This document shows, in pieces, positions 51,001-63,296 of a DNA stretch of 64,000 nucleotides. The notes under the pieces were generated by a model. That model was not told the origin of the DNA. It saw only the letters and a program-made list of their open reading frames with translations, and did not search any database. How positions within the stretch are numbered: the stretch's first letter is position 1; every line of letters starts with the position of its first letter. This stretch comes from Octopus bimaculoides (lineage: Eukaryota), in contig NC_068986.1 of assembly GCF_001194135.2 (NCBI RefSeq), forward strand, positions 115,033,039 to 115,097,038, in the 5' to 3' direction. The translations under genes and the position numbers were made by a program.

Positions 51001-52365
51001 ATTAAGCCATGCACCTACACCCTAGTACATGACTGGTGCTTTATTTTATCGACCCTGAAAGGAAGAAAAGCTAAGTTGATGTAACCAGGATTTGAGCTCA
51101 AAACATAAAGAGCATAAAAAAAGGATTAAAAAAATAATTCTGGGTCCTAAATGGCCAACATTACATGTTTTATTTCCCTAAAGTTTTTTTTTTTTTACCT
51201 GAATATGATCTGGTGAAATTGATTGCATCTAATATATCCCTGTGTCTTTTATGCCATCAACTATGGTAACTAAATACTTCCAGGAATTTAATCCATTTCT
51301 CCAGTGTTACAGATAAAGGCATTTTGTCTGCAGACAAAAGGTCTTTAGCTGCATCAGAAAATGGTAGCCAAATCTTCCTCAAGTCACACTATTCTTTTAA
51401 AAAAATAAGACATACAAAAACAGTGTAGTCTTTGATATACAAAAAGGCAGGAGGGTCATGGTTAGATCACTTTTGATTATGGCTGATCTGCTGAACTTCT
51501 ATGTGGTCCTTCAACCTGCCAAAACTAGAATGTAAATCTCCTACAAATATACACCCTGTATTTTATCTTCTGCTTCTTTCAGTCTGTAGCCATGTTCGGG
51601 TACCAACTTGAAGGGTTTTAGCTGAATGGATTGACCACCAGAACTAATATTTTCTGAAGTCTGGTGGTACTTATGGTATTGGTCTTTTTGTTTTTTAAAC
51701 CAAACTGCTAAATTATGGGGACATAAACAAACTAATACTGGTTATCAAACAATGGTAGGAGACAAACACAACACACACACATGATTACATGATGAGCTTC
51801 CACCTAGTTTCTGACAACCAAATTTATTCACAAGGCATTGGTGAAAGGGGCTATGGTGGAAGACACTTGCTCAAGGTGCCACACTGTGGGATTGAACCCG
51901 AGACCATTAGGTTGCAAAGCAAGCTTCTTAAGCACACAGCCATGCCTGTGCCTATCATTTAATATATATCAAGCAATGAGACAGCCATAGCTGGAGAGAC
52001 TAGCTCTAAGGGATAAGTGATACATACCTTTGCAGACAGGACAGCACTGTCCTTGTGGGACGGTCATCCAGCCACACTGGAGGGGCTTGCATTTCTCCTT
52101 CTGACAAGAGATCAGACCATTGTTACAGCTGCATTTGGTGCAGTTGTCATGCTTCCATTCAGCAAGATGTTGGTAGATTCGTCCATCAGAAAAACAAATG
52201 TTCCCTACAGAAGGAAAGAAGTGGAGGGTGGGGGGAGAGAGGAAGAAAGAGAACAGAAAATGTATAAATACAAGCAAAAACAAATTACAAAAATATATTT
52301 TATTGTTTGTGGGAGAGGTACAGCTCATAGCTTTCACTTTCTTTTGAATATACATCAAAGCTTTG

Positions 52366-52396
<31 letters not shown>

Positions 52397-55300
52397 AGTG
52401 TGTATATGCACCTGTCTATATATGTGTGTGTATATACATATGTCTGTGAGTGTATTTGAATGACTGCAGGTGTGTAAACACCCAGTTCTCTACACAAAGT
52501 CATGTAAACACACAAACCTCTACATGTATTACAATAATTAACTTGCTCCAGATAAACACAGATGTGCTGGCGCCACATGAAAAGCACCCATGGTGGCACC
52601 ATGTGAACAGCACCTGCTCTGGTGTCACATAGAAAGCACCCAGTACACTGTGTAAAGTGGTTGGCATTAGGAAGGGCATCCAGCTGTGGAAACCATTACA
52701 AAACAGACAATTGAAGTCTGGTGCAGCTTTCTGGCTGGTCAGCTCCTGCCAAACTCATGCCAGCATGGGAAACGGATGTTAAATGATGATGATGATATAC
52801 ACACAAATGCATACTTGTATTTTACACACATACACACACACATTCATCAGATCAGGTCTCCTGCCCCTAAATAGTTCACTATTTTGATACTTGGCTTTCT
52901 ATGGCTCCTTGCGTAATGTAACCATTAGTCAGAATAGACAGGCAGAAGTGAGGGCTCTCCTCTCTTGGAAGACCAGAAAATATCATGAGTTGGCTCCTGT
53001 GCAGGTGGCATGTAAAATACACCATTTTGAGCGTGGCCGTTGCCAGTACCGCCTGACTGGCCCTCGTGCCGGTGGCACGTAAAAGCACCCACTACACTCT
53101 CTGAGTGGTTGGCTTTAAGAAGGGCATCTAGCTGTAGAAACTCTGCCAGATCAGATTGGAGCCTGGTGTAGCCATCTGGTTTCACCAGTCCTCAGTCAAA
53201 TCGTCCAACCCATGCTAGCATGGAAAGCGGACGTCAAACGATGATGATGCCCTTTCTCCTGTGATAACCACCACCAAAACGCACACACACACACAAAAGT
53301 GTAACACCTGGAATGTCTCAACTTACCGTTNNNNNNNNNNNNNNNNNNNNNNNNNNNNNNNNNNNNNNNNNNNNNNNNNNNNNNNNNNNNNNNNNNNNNN
53401 NNNNNNNNNNNNNNNNNNNNNNNNNNNNNNNNNNNNNNNNNNNNNNNNNNNNCGTTATCCATTTACACTGCAAACTTCTGCATGTCTGCCGCTGGCAATA
53501 AGTCAGGCCATTCTTGCAGCTGCATTTGGTGCAGTTGTCCAGTTTCCACACATCTCCATGTTGGTAGGATTGACCACGAGAAAAACAGCTGTTCCCTGTC
53601 ACAACACGAAAATAGAAGAGGGTTAGAAGGGGTTAAAGAGGGAGTTGGAGGAGAGTTCAGAAGGACGGGGGGGGGGTGAGGAGGGGCTTAAACACATGTG
53701 GGTGTGGGTGTACTACTACAACAGACCATGTATACTATCACATACACACATCACCTCTAACTGCTGCTGCTGTTACTGCTACTGCTACTACTACTACTAC
53801 TACTACTACTACACAATAAGTACCACAAACTACTACACACACATAGACTATCACAAACCATCGCATACATGTATACATACATACACCAACCCTCAACTCA
53901 ATCAGTGAGGGACAGCTACATGGACGCTGATCAGCTAGAAATGGCAGTCAAATCTCCTTCAAATCACACCTGCTGCCTTAAAAAAAGGGTGCATTGGACA
54001 ATTAGATGATAGATATATAAGTTGGGATGGGCATGAGTAGAGTGTAGATTATAAACCTACACAGTGAGAGCTAACCTACAGCTAGCTCTCACCTCCTCTT
54101 TTTATCGTCTCATGTACTTACTGTTAACACATTTGAATTTATCACAGCAGGAACCAGGCTGGTTGGTCGCCTTCTCCACCACCTCAATTCTATAGTTTTT
54201 AGAGCATTCAACAGCAGGGCACCTGTCTCTGTGTTGGCACTGGCACCTGAAACAGGGACAAAGAAAAAGAGAGAGAGACAGAGTGAGATATGACAGGTAA
54301 TATTATATTAAACTGATCACACACACACACACAAAGTGGCAACCACATAGAGATAAAAACACAAACATAGAATCAATGCTTACACAGATTCTGCAGAGCA
54401 ACAGCCATCCTTGCTGAGTTTTTTCACCGTGTTGACACTGTCCTTGGGACAGGATTTTGGCTTAGGGCATCTCACCAGCAAACAATTTCCTGCAAGAAAA
54501 AAGAATCTACATATTTGTACTTTTAAGTAGAGAATAATGAAAATAAGGGCCTTATGAGGGGAACTACAAAGAAAGGACAAAGAAGAGGTGTACAACGGGG
54601 AGTAGGTAGGAAGGTAGATGAGAGGCATGCGAGAAGCATAAGATACTTGCTCAAGGTGCTGTGCAGTGGGGCTTAAACCCAAGATCGCATGGTTGGCAAA
54701 CAAGCTTTTTAACCACACAGCCACACCAATATTTTTCTATAGGTGTAAAATCTTTGTCAACTGATCAAGCAGGTTTGAATAGAATATACTCTACTGATGA
54801 GGTATAGTGGACCAAAACATGTCCATAGTTATCTGCCTTGCTGCAATTTCCCCTAAGCATGTAAATTAATTTGGTGAAATAAAGACTTCATTTAAAAAAA
54901 AAAATATATGTTCCTTTTTCTTTGGGAATTGCTAACAATGACCACTAGGTTTTTGTTTTCTTCCTCCAACTAAAAGAGGACACTTCAATTAAAATTTTTT
55001 TGCATCAAACATGGAATACCCCCCACCCCCACCCCTTAATTTAGTCACCATAGTAACAGGCAAGAAGATGATGTTGGTCAGAAGAAAGAACCTCAATTGA
55101 ACCAACTGATAATTTATTTGTAAATTAAGACGAGGAACTGAATGGCAGAGCAGTGTGATAGGTAATGGTGTCAGCCAGCGGTCAGTCCAACCAGCAAGCA
55201 GTTGGTAGGAAAATTCTTCAAGTCTCGTAAGTTATTTTTTCAGTTGTTCTAAAATAAGAGCTTACTATTCTGTTAATACTTTTTATGCATTTTATGTGCG

Positions 55301-56130
55301 TGTGAGCAACTGTTTCTATATAGCTATTCATATGTCCATTTTCCATGCTGGCAGGGGTTGGACAGTTTGACTGGATCTGGAGAGCCAGTGGCTACACCAG
55401 GCTCCACTCTGATCTGGCAGTGTTTCTACAGCTGGATGCCCTTCCTAACGCCAACCACTCCAAGAGTGTAGTAGGTGCTTTTTACGTGCCACCAGCACAG
55501 GGGTCAGTCAGGCGGACCTGGCATTGATCACATTCAAATAGTGCTCTTTAGGTTCCACTGGCATGGGGAGCCTGTCAAGGGGTACTGGCAGCAGCCATTT
55601 TTGGATGATGTCTTTTACGTGCCACCGGCACGTGAGCCAGTCAGGGAGTACTGGCATCGATCACATTTGGATAGTGCTTTTTACATGTCACCGCCAATGG
55701 GGGCCAGTCAGGCAGTCCTGGCATATATNNNNNNNNNNNNNNNNNNNNNNNNNNNNNNNNNNNNNNNNNNNNNNNNNNNNNNNNNNNNNNNNNNNNNNNN
55801 NNNNNNNNNNNNNNNNNNNNNNNNNNNNNNNNNNNNNNNNNNNNNNNNNNNNNNNNNNNNNNNNNNNNNNNNNNNNNNNNNNNNNNNNNNNNNNNNNNNN
55901 NNNNNNNNNNNNNNNNNNNNNNNNNNNNNNNNNNNNNGTGTAGTGGGTGCTTTTACGTGTCACCCGCACGAAGGCCAGTCAGGCGGTACTGGCAACGGCC
56001 ACGCTCGAAATAGTATCATTTAAAATAGTTTGATTAGGTGCTCAGATACATGTGTGTGTGTGTGTGCATGCATGCATAAATATATGCACTCATCTGACCA
56101 GTGCACCCATGGAAAAATGGCCGTTAAACA

Positions 56131-56206
<76 letters not shown>

Positions 56207-56462
56207 CACAAACACATATCAATCTATCTATTTATCTGTCTATATATATATCTATACACACACACATATACAGTTAAAATTTACAGGAAAACAAAAGATG
56301 AAGATAGGTATATGAACAACAAGCAGGTGTATTAGTTTAATGCTAGGGAAAAATGAAAAAGTCTTTTATGTTTTGAGCCTATGCTCTTCGACAGAAAGGA
56401 ACACAATGAAATAAACAGAGAGAGAGAGTAAAAAAACTTGTGGATTTAGTAGTTAAAAGAGT

Positions 56463-56502
<40 letters not shown>

Positions 56503-58008
56503 AATAGACACATAGATATACACACTCCACACGAATAGATTTCATTATTGCTATGTCATACAGATTAACTTAACCTTTCATCCTTTCAGTATCAAAATAA
56601 AGTACCAGTCAAGTACTGGGGTCAATGTAATTGACTGTCCCACTTCACCTCAAAACGCTGCCTTTAGAACTAAATTAGAAATTATTATTATTATTATTAT
56701 TATACTTATTATTATTTTCCAAAGTCATATGAAATAATACGTCTTAAAATTAGCTCCATCACGAGGAACATCACAGTCACACCATGCTTTCCACTCTGCA
56801 GAGATGAGGCTTCAGAAACGCAGTTTAATTTCCACTTATGCTACAGTTATATTTTACGCATTACAAAACTGCTCTCATGCTACATGTGATTAATAAACAT
56901 TATGCAACACCATATAAACTGAATTTGGAAAGACAGTGGATATTGTGTTTAACAATACATTAATAGCAGCCACTTACTGAACATCATTCATTAAATTCCA
57001 TATATTAATTAGTATTTTTATAATGAGACTGAAATCATTTACTTCTTGGTTTAATGAATAATAATGTCAGTTTTAGTTCATCTCTTGCCTATCCAGAGGC
57101 CACATTCCTGTTATTTGCACTAGTATCAAAAGCAGTGGCTCTAGACCCTTTTAATATCAGGGCCAAATCTAGACCTGGATTTTTTTAGGGGGCTGCACCA
57201 CAAAAAAGTAAAACAAAAGTCTATTAAAGGAACATATATTAAATTTATAGAGAGAAGACTGTCAAGGGTCACCAGAAGGATGCTTGAGGGCCACATGAGG
57301 ATCAGGGAGCTGTGGTTGGTAACTGCTGATCTAGTCTTCTTCAGTTGTGGCTTGTTAAGGGTTTTCTGCACCTGTAAAGTTCCTTGCAGACATGGACATG
57401 GTTTACATGTGGGACAACTAGCAGCTGCCCATGCATGCATGTCCACTCCCACCTCTCCTCATGCCACCAATGATGTCTGAGGGGAAACCCAAGGTCAATA
57501 CAGTTTCTTTGTTATTGTTATCACAGATGTGACCACCAGACTGCAAAGACCAGGTACAGTTTCCATAAAACATCCTCTCTGTTTTCCATTACAGTTCTAT
57601 AATTCCACCACCCAGAACTGGTACCCTTTAAACAATCTGGAAAGGATAAAATTAAACTCAGAATGTAGGGAGTCGTGAGAAACTATAGTTTTAAATTTTG
57701 GAATAATGACAACAATGTTAGGTGAGGGGTCAATCAATTACATCAAACCCAAATCCCAACCGATACTTCTGTCACTGACCCCAAATGGATGAAAGGCAAA
57801 GTTGACCTTGGTAGAATTGGTGCTCAGAATGTAGAGAACTGGAAGAAATTCCATTGAGCATTTTGTCTGCTGTGCTTAAGATTCTGTCAGCTTGCCACCT
57901 TAGGTCATAAGAAATAATGCAAGACATTTCCATCTAGTTTTTATAATGATTCTTCAATTTGACTATACATATATGTAAATATATATATGTATGTATATCA
58001 TCATCATC

Positions 58009-58040
<32 letters not shown>

Positions 58041-61000
58041 TATGTGTGTGTGTGTGTGTTTATACACACACACAACAGGTTTCTTTTAGTTTCCGTCTAC
58101 ATAATTCACTCATAAGGCTTTGGCTGGACCAGGGCTATAGTGGAAGACACTTGCCCAAGGTGCCATGCAGTGGGACTGAACTCGGATCCAAGTGGTCAGG
58201 AAGCAAATTTCTTACCACAATGATCAAATAATCAAAACTGCTTTGATATATATATATAGAGAGAGAAGCTTTGTTTTGTATGTCCTTCACATCACTAGTC
58301 TATAATCTATTTGCTCTATAAACCTTGGACAGGCCAGTATTGAAGTTTGTATTCTACAAAGCAGAATATATTGAGATGTATTCCTAAGTAATATTAATTT
58401 GTCAGCCTGTCTAGCTATCTCTTGCTACTATATTTAAATCACCACCACCACCACCACCACCACCACCACCGCCGCCGCCAGGGAGATAATGTACAGATTA
58501 CCTTTACCACTATCACCTCCTCCTCCACCATCATCATACAGATGCCATCATACAAAGACGCAGAAATGTAAAGAATCTCAATGTCATTACATTTAACAAG
58601 ACATTCGCAGGTGTGGGAGGAGTGGTGGCAGGTAACTGTTATAGTGGTAGTGGTAACTGTGGTGAAGTCAGTGGTGGTGGTGGTGGTGGTGGTGGTGGTG
58701 GTGGTGGGTTAATGTTATACAAATGTTAATATCATACACATTGGCAGAATCTGTAGAGCATCAGATAAAATGCTTTCTGTTATTTGTTTTTGGTTCTTGA
58801 GGTTCTAAGTTCAAATTCCACCAAGGTTAACTTTGCTTTTCATCTTTTAGGGAATTGGGGGGTGTTAATAAAATACCAGTTAAATTTTGGGGGTCAGTTT
58901 AATTGCTTAAATCCTTTCCACAACTTTCTGGAAATGTACCTGTATTAAAAACTGGGTGGTTGGATTAGAAGGATCTGTTCAATGTTGGACAAAGTGCCTT
59001 CTGGTTATTTAGGGATGGTTCTTTGCTTTCTGATTTCAAATCCCGTCAATGTAAACTTTGTAATTCATTCTTTCGAGGTCAATAAAATTATTTTATTTCT
59101 TTCTTTCTTATCTTTTATGTAAATCCTCTCACAAACTGTCTATTCTTCTGACATCCCCCTCACCTATGCCCAGGTGGCTAACAAAAGAAATTATTACTAT
59201 TATTATTATTATGATTATTATTCAAATGCTGTCAAGGCTGACTTTGCCTCTCATCTTTTGGAGTTGATAAAATACATACCAGTTAAATACTGGGGGTTGA
59301 TGTAACTGATTATCTCTCTCCCCACAAATTTCAGGCCTTGTGCCTATAGTAGAAAGGGTTATTACTACTATTATTATTATTATTATTATTTATTATCATT
59401 ATTATTATCGGTGAGTTGGCAGAATTGTAGGCATGCCAGACAAAGTGCCTAGTGGTATTTCATCTGTCTTTATGTTCTGAGTTCAAATTCTACCGTGGTC
59501 GACTTTACCTTTCATCCTTTGGGGGTTGATAAAACAGGTACCAGTCGAGCATCCAGTGTTGATATAATTAAGTTCCCACCCACCTAAAAAAAAAAAAAAA
59601 ATTGCTGGCCCTGTGCCAAAATTTGAAACCATAACTATTACTGGTGAGCTGGCAGACTGGCAGAATCACAAGTCTGTCACATAAAATGTTTAAATGGTAT
59701 TTCTTCAGCTTCTTTATATTCTTTTCTACTCTAGGCTCAAGGCCCAAAATTTTGGGAGAGGGGGCCAGTCGATTAGATCGACCCAAGTACGCAACTGGTA
59801 TTTAGTTTATCGACCCTGAAAGGATAAAAGGCAAAGTCGACCTTGGTGGAATTTGAACTCAGAATGTAAAGACAGACGAAATACCACCAAGCATTTTGCC
59901 TGGCATGCTACCATTTCTGCCGGCTCCCTGCCTTCTGGTTCTTTATATTCTGTGGATTCAAATACTTTTAAAATCAACTTTTGCCCTTTTAAGGACATCA
60001 AAATAAAGTATTTCTTTTCTCTCAAAATTACTGATCTTCAACCTAAATTAGAAACAATTGTTATTATTGTTACAGGGGTTACTATTGTAGTCTAATCAGA
60101 GCGGGAATATCAAATGATACAAACAAAACCCTTTATATGCATCAGGGGCAATCCAACACATTGAACAGAAGTAACTCCATCACACAGAGTAGTGATAATC
60201 ATCTCTGATACAGTGGTTAATCTTCCTCATGGTGACATAAGGAGAAGATAATCCTTCATAATTTCACAGCTTCTTCAAACTATCATAAACTATAAAATAT
60301 ACGAAGTCTATCATTTAGGATCAATAGTTAATAGACCTCCAGGGATCATTTTGTGGTCATCCTGTCTTTACTGTGGGACATTTTGTTCTAATATTGGTTT
60401 AAAATTTTGGCACAAGGCCAGAAATTTGGGAAGAGAGGGTCAGTCAGTTATATGGATCCTGGTTTCTACTGATAAATATTTTATCAACCCTGGAAGGATC
60501 ATCATCATCATCATCATCACCACCACTGCCAACACCACCGTTTAACGTATATTTTCCATGCTGGCACGGATTGGACAGTTCAACCGGGGTCTGGGAAGCC
60601 AGGAGGCTGCCCTAGGCCCCAATCTGATCTGGCAGTGTTTCTACAGCTGGATGCCCTTCTTAATGCCAGCCATGCTTTTTTACGTGCCACCGGCACAGGG
60701 GCCAGAGGGGGCTGGCAATGACCACGATCAGTTGGTTCCTTTTTACGTGCCACTGGCACGGAAGCCAGTCAAGGCAGCGCTGGCATCGATCACGTTCAGA
60801 TGGTGCCTTTTAGGTGCCACCGGCATGGGGATCACAACTACAATTTCCATTTAATTTTGATGATTTTGATGTTGATCGACTTCCATAGAATTTGAACTCA
60901 GAACCTGCTGAAGCATTTTGTCCAGCATGCTAACGATTCCAGTTGTCTTACTTTGTCCTAACACTGACAACTTAAACGTTCAGGTTTGTTAAGTAGTAGG

Positions 61001-63019
61001 ACATAGGACAAACACATAACCTCCATTACATTAGGACTTGTAGGTCCTTACACTGAAAGGTGATCTCAATTGAACAAGTGACCCTTACTTAGATTTATTT
61101 TTTTACCTGGCACAAAGTGATCTTGTTAGTGTTAGTTTGGTGGTGGTTGTTGTTGTTGTTGTTGTGGCACCTTTGTTGTCTTATCTTCTCACATACCCCC
61201 CTCCTCCCCCCCACACTCACAATAACAAGGAACAGTAAAAGTGTAACAAATGAATACATCAAAGACATCAACACAAACACCAACACACACAAAAACACCA
61301 TCCCACTAGGTGGCTCCCCCTCCCTCACCCTATCAAAACCACTATTTAAAACCTAGCCACCACCACTTCCTACCCAACACAAACACCAGCTACACAGGTA
61401 TGATATATATTTACCTGTTAGGCAAGCCAAGTCAAACCCCACCCCACTACCCCTTTCTTGCTTTAATACATGCAGTTCTGACACCTGGTTGTTTAGCCCT
61501 AGGTCAATCCTGATGGAGCAGACCTATGATCAAAAATATTCTGGATGTGACTGACTTGTCTTTTCTTTTTTAAGTTACCTTTAATTACACTGTTTAATGT
61601 GTCCTTCCCTTTCTTAAAAAGGTGGAGTGTCATTTGAGGGAAATTTGGCTGCTATTTCTACCAGATGGAAAGACCACAGAGAGGTTTCCTTATGACTTGA
61701 TGGTGGTGTAGTGTAAGATGATAGGGGGGAAAGGGGAGAGAAGGTGGAGGGGAGAACATGAGATAAATTAAAACATGTCAACAGGTGCCCTCCCTAGTAA
61801 GGGGGTGGTGAGGAAGGTGATGTGTAAGGTGGTGGTGGAAGTGTGGAGTGTAAGGTAGTGGAGGAGGGTGGTGGAGGAGGGTGGTGGTGGTGGTGTGTGG
61901 GGTGTTTTGTTATTGTCATGTAAGGAATGTCTTGAGAATGGCTGGAATGTGACGAGACTAAAAGATATGTGAGACAATTGGACTTTGGTGCCTCCACACA
62001 CGGTTCTAATGGTGGGTATGTTGTCTGTCTAAAGATTGAACACAATAAAGAGACATGTGGACCCTATTTTAAAGAAAGTAGGGAGTCTGTGAAGGGTAGA
62101 ATGACCTTATCAACACAAACTACATTGTTGGTTTAAAACTATCATCATCATCTTGTCACTATCACCATCATCATCGTTTAGCATTCACTTTTCCATGCTT
62201 GGATGGAATTCATTGAAGCAGATTTTCTATAGCCAGATGCCCTTCCTGTCACCAACCCTTACCTGTTTCCAAGCAAAGTAATGCTTCCACATGTCCAGTT
62301 AGGTTTTTTTTCAAAGAAGATTGGAAATGGTGGGCACTGCTTGCATTATGGTGATACAACTATCAGATGATGTCAAAGCAGGGAGACACTAACACACACA
62401 CACATACGTATACATACATATACACACATATACCTGATGGGCTTCTTTCAGTTTCCAATGATCAAATTCACTTAAAAGGATAGGCCCAGATCTACAGAAA
62501 ACATCTGCCCAAGGTGCCATGCAGTGAGGCTGAACCAGGAACTTGCTAGAAATAGCAAATTACATCCTACCATTTTGAAAAAGAGAAAGAAAGACAGTCT
62601 TAAACAAACCCTAAAAATAGATGAGGTGGTCACTGTTGGAATACCTTTCATCAAAGGTCTTTTTCATCAAGTTAATCCTGGGGATTAAGCAACAAAACTT
62701 TTAACTCCTTACTCGCAAGATAACCCTAAAACAAAACCCCACACAAACTTACTGTTCCGTTTACAGACGAAGTTATCACAGCAATCTCCTGGCTTTCTGG
62801 AGCCATGGTGCACTCGCTGCGGCAGATATCCAACAATGCACTTTGGTATGTTGCAAGCATCCATATTGCACTGACAAGTGAGTCTCTCCTTGCAGCAGCT
62901 CTCCATCGATGCGCTTCCGGTTGCACCACTCACATTGGCCACAAGTAAAGAATCCCTCGGACACTGGTACTTTATTGTGGTATCACAGCCAACATTGCGA
63001 CATGGATCGGGGATGTCAC
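37355..63019 (-). CDS. CRIM1: CRIM1-like (cysteine-rich motor neuron 1) transmembrane BMP regulator, 5'-partial spliced gene, 12 exons in window
   Basis: join of 62753-63019, 54384-54489, 54122-54246, 53327-53595 (gapped), 52028-52204, 49742-49909, 45564-45818, 44272-44508, 41511-41726, 39809-40024, 39344-39478, 37355-37476. Order: Cys-rich CC repeats, VWC x3, antistasin x3, VWC x3, TM, which is characteristic of CRIM1. Signal peptide and IGFBP exons are not in the window. Confidence 0.88.
37780..38438. repeat. 16-bp-unit minisatellite (ATGCAGTGGAGATTAC)n, ~40 copies
   Basis: Tandem units with recurring variants. It produces the 16-aa-periodic ORFs at 37616-38297. Confidence 0.95.
39344..39478 (-). 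CDS. CRIM1: CRIM1-like exon K: juxtamembrane stalk
   Basis: ttgccag|(D)NETKTAKSIVSKEIPIVLTTVGPPEVIKEKVNKKPTSYATGITA|gtatgt, phase 1/1. Confidence 0.7.
39809..40024 (-). CDS. CRIM1: CRIM1-like exon J: VWC domain
   Basis: caccag|...YCRGETSFKHGEVWRVSPCQSCMCRNGRINCFSQNCPPMKCQQASFRKGQCCAVCL|gtaagt, 216 nt. Confidence 0.92.
40730..40775 (-). ncRNA. Minimal hammerhead ribozyme motif (one stem III substitution)
   Basis: Minus strand GACAC-CTGATGA-A-GGCTG(gagggtatat)CAGCC-GAAAC-ATT-GTGTT. G16.2 is changed to A. Confidence 0.65.
40858..40929 (-). mobile_element. tRNA-derived SINE head (A/B boxes) upstream of the hammerhead repeat
   Basis: 72 nt, GGGCATATGGCATAGAGGTTAAGAGCGCGGGCTACTAACCCCAAGATTCCGACTTCGATTCCAGGCAGTGAC. 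The acceptor stem does not pair, so this is not a functional tRNA. Confidence 0.65.
41057..41102 (+). ncRNA. Decayed hammerhead ribozyme motif (core GAAAC changed to AAAAT)
   Basis: GACAC-CTGATGA-A-GGCTG(gagggtatat)CAGCC-AAAAT-ATT-GTGTT, an inverted partner of the 40730 copy. Confidence 0.6.
41511..41726 (-). CDS. CRIM1: CRIM1-like exon I: VWC domain
   Basis: ctgcag|...TCHGNNGNDYVEGEVWQLGKCTSCICHYGIILCTTEKCPPQLCHYPIQQSDQCCPLCP|gtaagt, 216 nt. Confidence 0.93.
42749..43510 (-). mobile_element. RTE-clade LINE 3' end: ORF remnant contiguous with the family-1 (GAT)n tail
   Basis: KGRLYDAFIETAILQGGEMWAL..DMQRLERNEVSMLCRMCNV and GTRGRGRPRKIWDEVLKDDIRML, followed directly by the family-1 repeat at 42749-42990. 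Confidence 0.85.
43563..43810 (-). mobile_element. tRNA-derived SINE (family 5) with a V-SINE-like core
   Basis: Head GTGGCTTAGTGGTTAGGGTG...GGTTTCAATTCC and core TGCGATGGACTAGCGTCCCGTCC. Related copies at ~26148-26255, 28630-28800 and 50780-51020. Confidence 0.65.
44272..44508 (-). CDS. CRIM1: CRIM1-like exon H: linker and VWC domain
   Basis: ctttcag|(D)ELYNR...SCMSNGRHYKDGDMWYDGCRECYCREGQELCSLITCNIPKCHNPIFRPGDCCPSCA|gtaagt. WYDGCRECYC closely resembles CRIM1 VWC3. Confidence 0.93.
45564..45818 (-). CDS. CRIM1: CRIM1-like exon G: three antistasin-type repeats
   Basis: ttctcag|NCSISCKYGYEVDEKNRQTCKC..CPAITSCKRRCKFGYKRTRNGCLRCKC..CPYIHCTKRCPFGFITNRRGCKLCMCV|gtaagt, 255 nt. Confidence 0.92.
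46200..46590 (+). mobile_element. Tc1/mariner-superfamily transposase remnant (DDD catalytic region)
   Basis: NTQNNRWLA...KHPVNIIAFGVITSDGDVMLPF..GLRLNTEAYINCL..V*QQDSAPCHTSRRTQLWLLDNFCDHIIPNIW, with in-frame stops. Confidence 0.8.
47281..47464. repeat. 90-bp higher-order repeat built from GAT/GGT/GCT triplets, running into a gap
   Basis: Identical blocks start at 47281 and 47371, and a third begins at 47461. Confidence 0.85.
49742..49909 (-). CDS. CRIM1: CRIM1-like exon F: VWC domain
   Basis: gaag|(G)CMNGDRLYKNSEKWKEEGCLSCQCNNGVVECQTEMCSVRCPNGRSVPGQCCPVCE|gtaagt, 168 nt. Confidence 0.9.
52028..52204 (-). CDS. CRIM1: CRIM1-like exon E: VWC domain
   Basis: ctgtag|(G)NICFSDGRIYQHLAEWKHDNCTKCSCNNGLISCQKEKCKPLQCGWMTVPQGQCCPVCK|gtatgt, 177 nt. 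Confidence 0.92.
53327..53595 (-). CDS. CRIM1: CRIM1-like exon D: VWC domain interrupted by an assembly gap (53331-53452)
   Basis: tgacag|NSCFSRGQSYQHGDVWKLDNCTKCSCKNGLTYCQRQTCRSLQCKWIT-[gap]-AACG|gtaagt. Confidence 0.82.
54122..54246 (-). CDS. CRIM1: CRIM1-like exon C: Cys-rich repeat
   Basis: tttcag|(V)CQCQHRDRCPAVECSKNYRIEVVEKATNQPGSCCDKFKCVN|gtaagt, 125 nt, not present in the ORF track. Confidence 0.9.
54384..54489 (-). CDS. CRIM1: CRIM1-like exon B: Cys-rich repeat
   Basis: ttgcag|NCLLVRCPKPKSCPKDSVNTVKKLSKDGCCSAES|gtaagc, 106 nt. Confidence 0.88.
54791..54828 (+). ncRNA. Decayed hammerhead-like motif
   Basis: CTGATGA-GGT(atagtgg)ACC-AAAAC-AT-GTC. G12 is lost and stem I pairs poorly. 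Confidence 0.4.
62753..63019 (-). CDS. CRIM1: CRIM1-like exon A: Cys-rich repeat after the IGFBP region
   Basis: tttcag|DIPDPCRNVGCD...CPRDSLLV...SCC...CQCNMDACNIPKC...GSRKPGDCCDNFVCKRN|gtaagt, 267 nt. Confidence 0.9.
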
Positions 63020-63296
63020 CTGAAAAACAGCAGACACACAGACAGATATATACTGATGGGCCATAACAGTAAATACATTGCAAAGCATGTTATGTGTGTG
63101 TGTATGAGTGTGAGAGTGTATATACAGTGTGTGTGTATGCAAAAGTAGGTGTACAGTTAAGTGTCACATCAATGTTATAATAATTAATTCATCAAGGTTA
63201 TTAGCATATTAAATTAGTTAGTCTCAGTTTTGATATTTTCAGTGTCATTAAACATTAAAGTACATTTATCATTTCTACATCTCTCTAAAGGAGACT

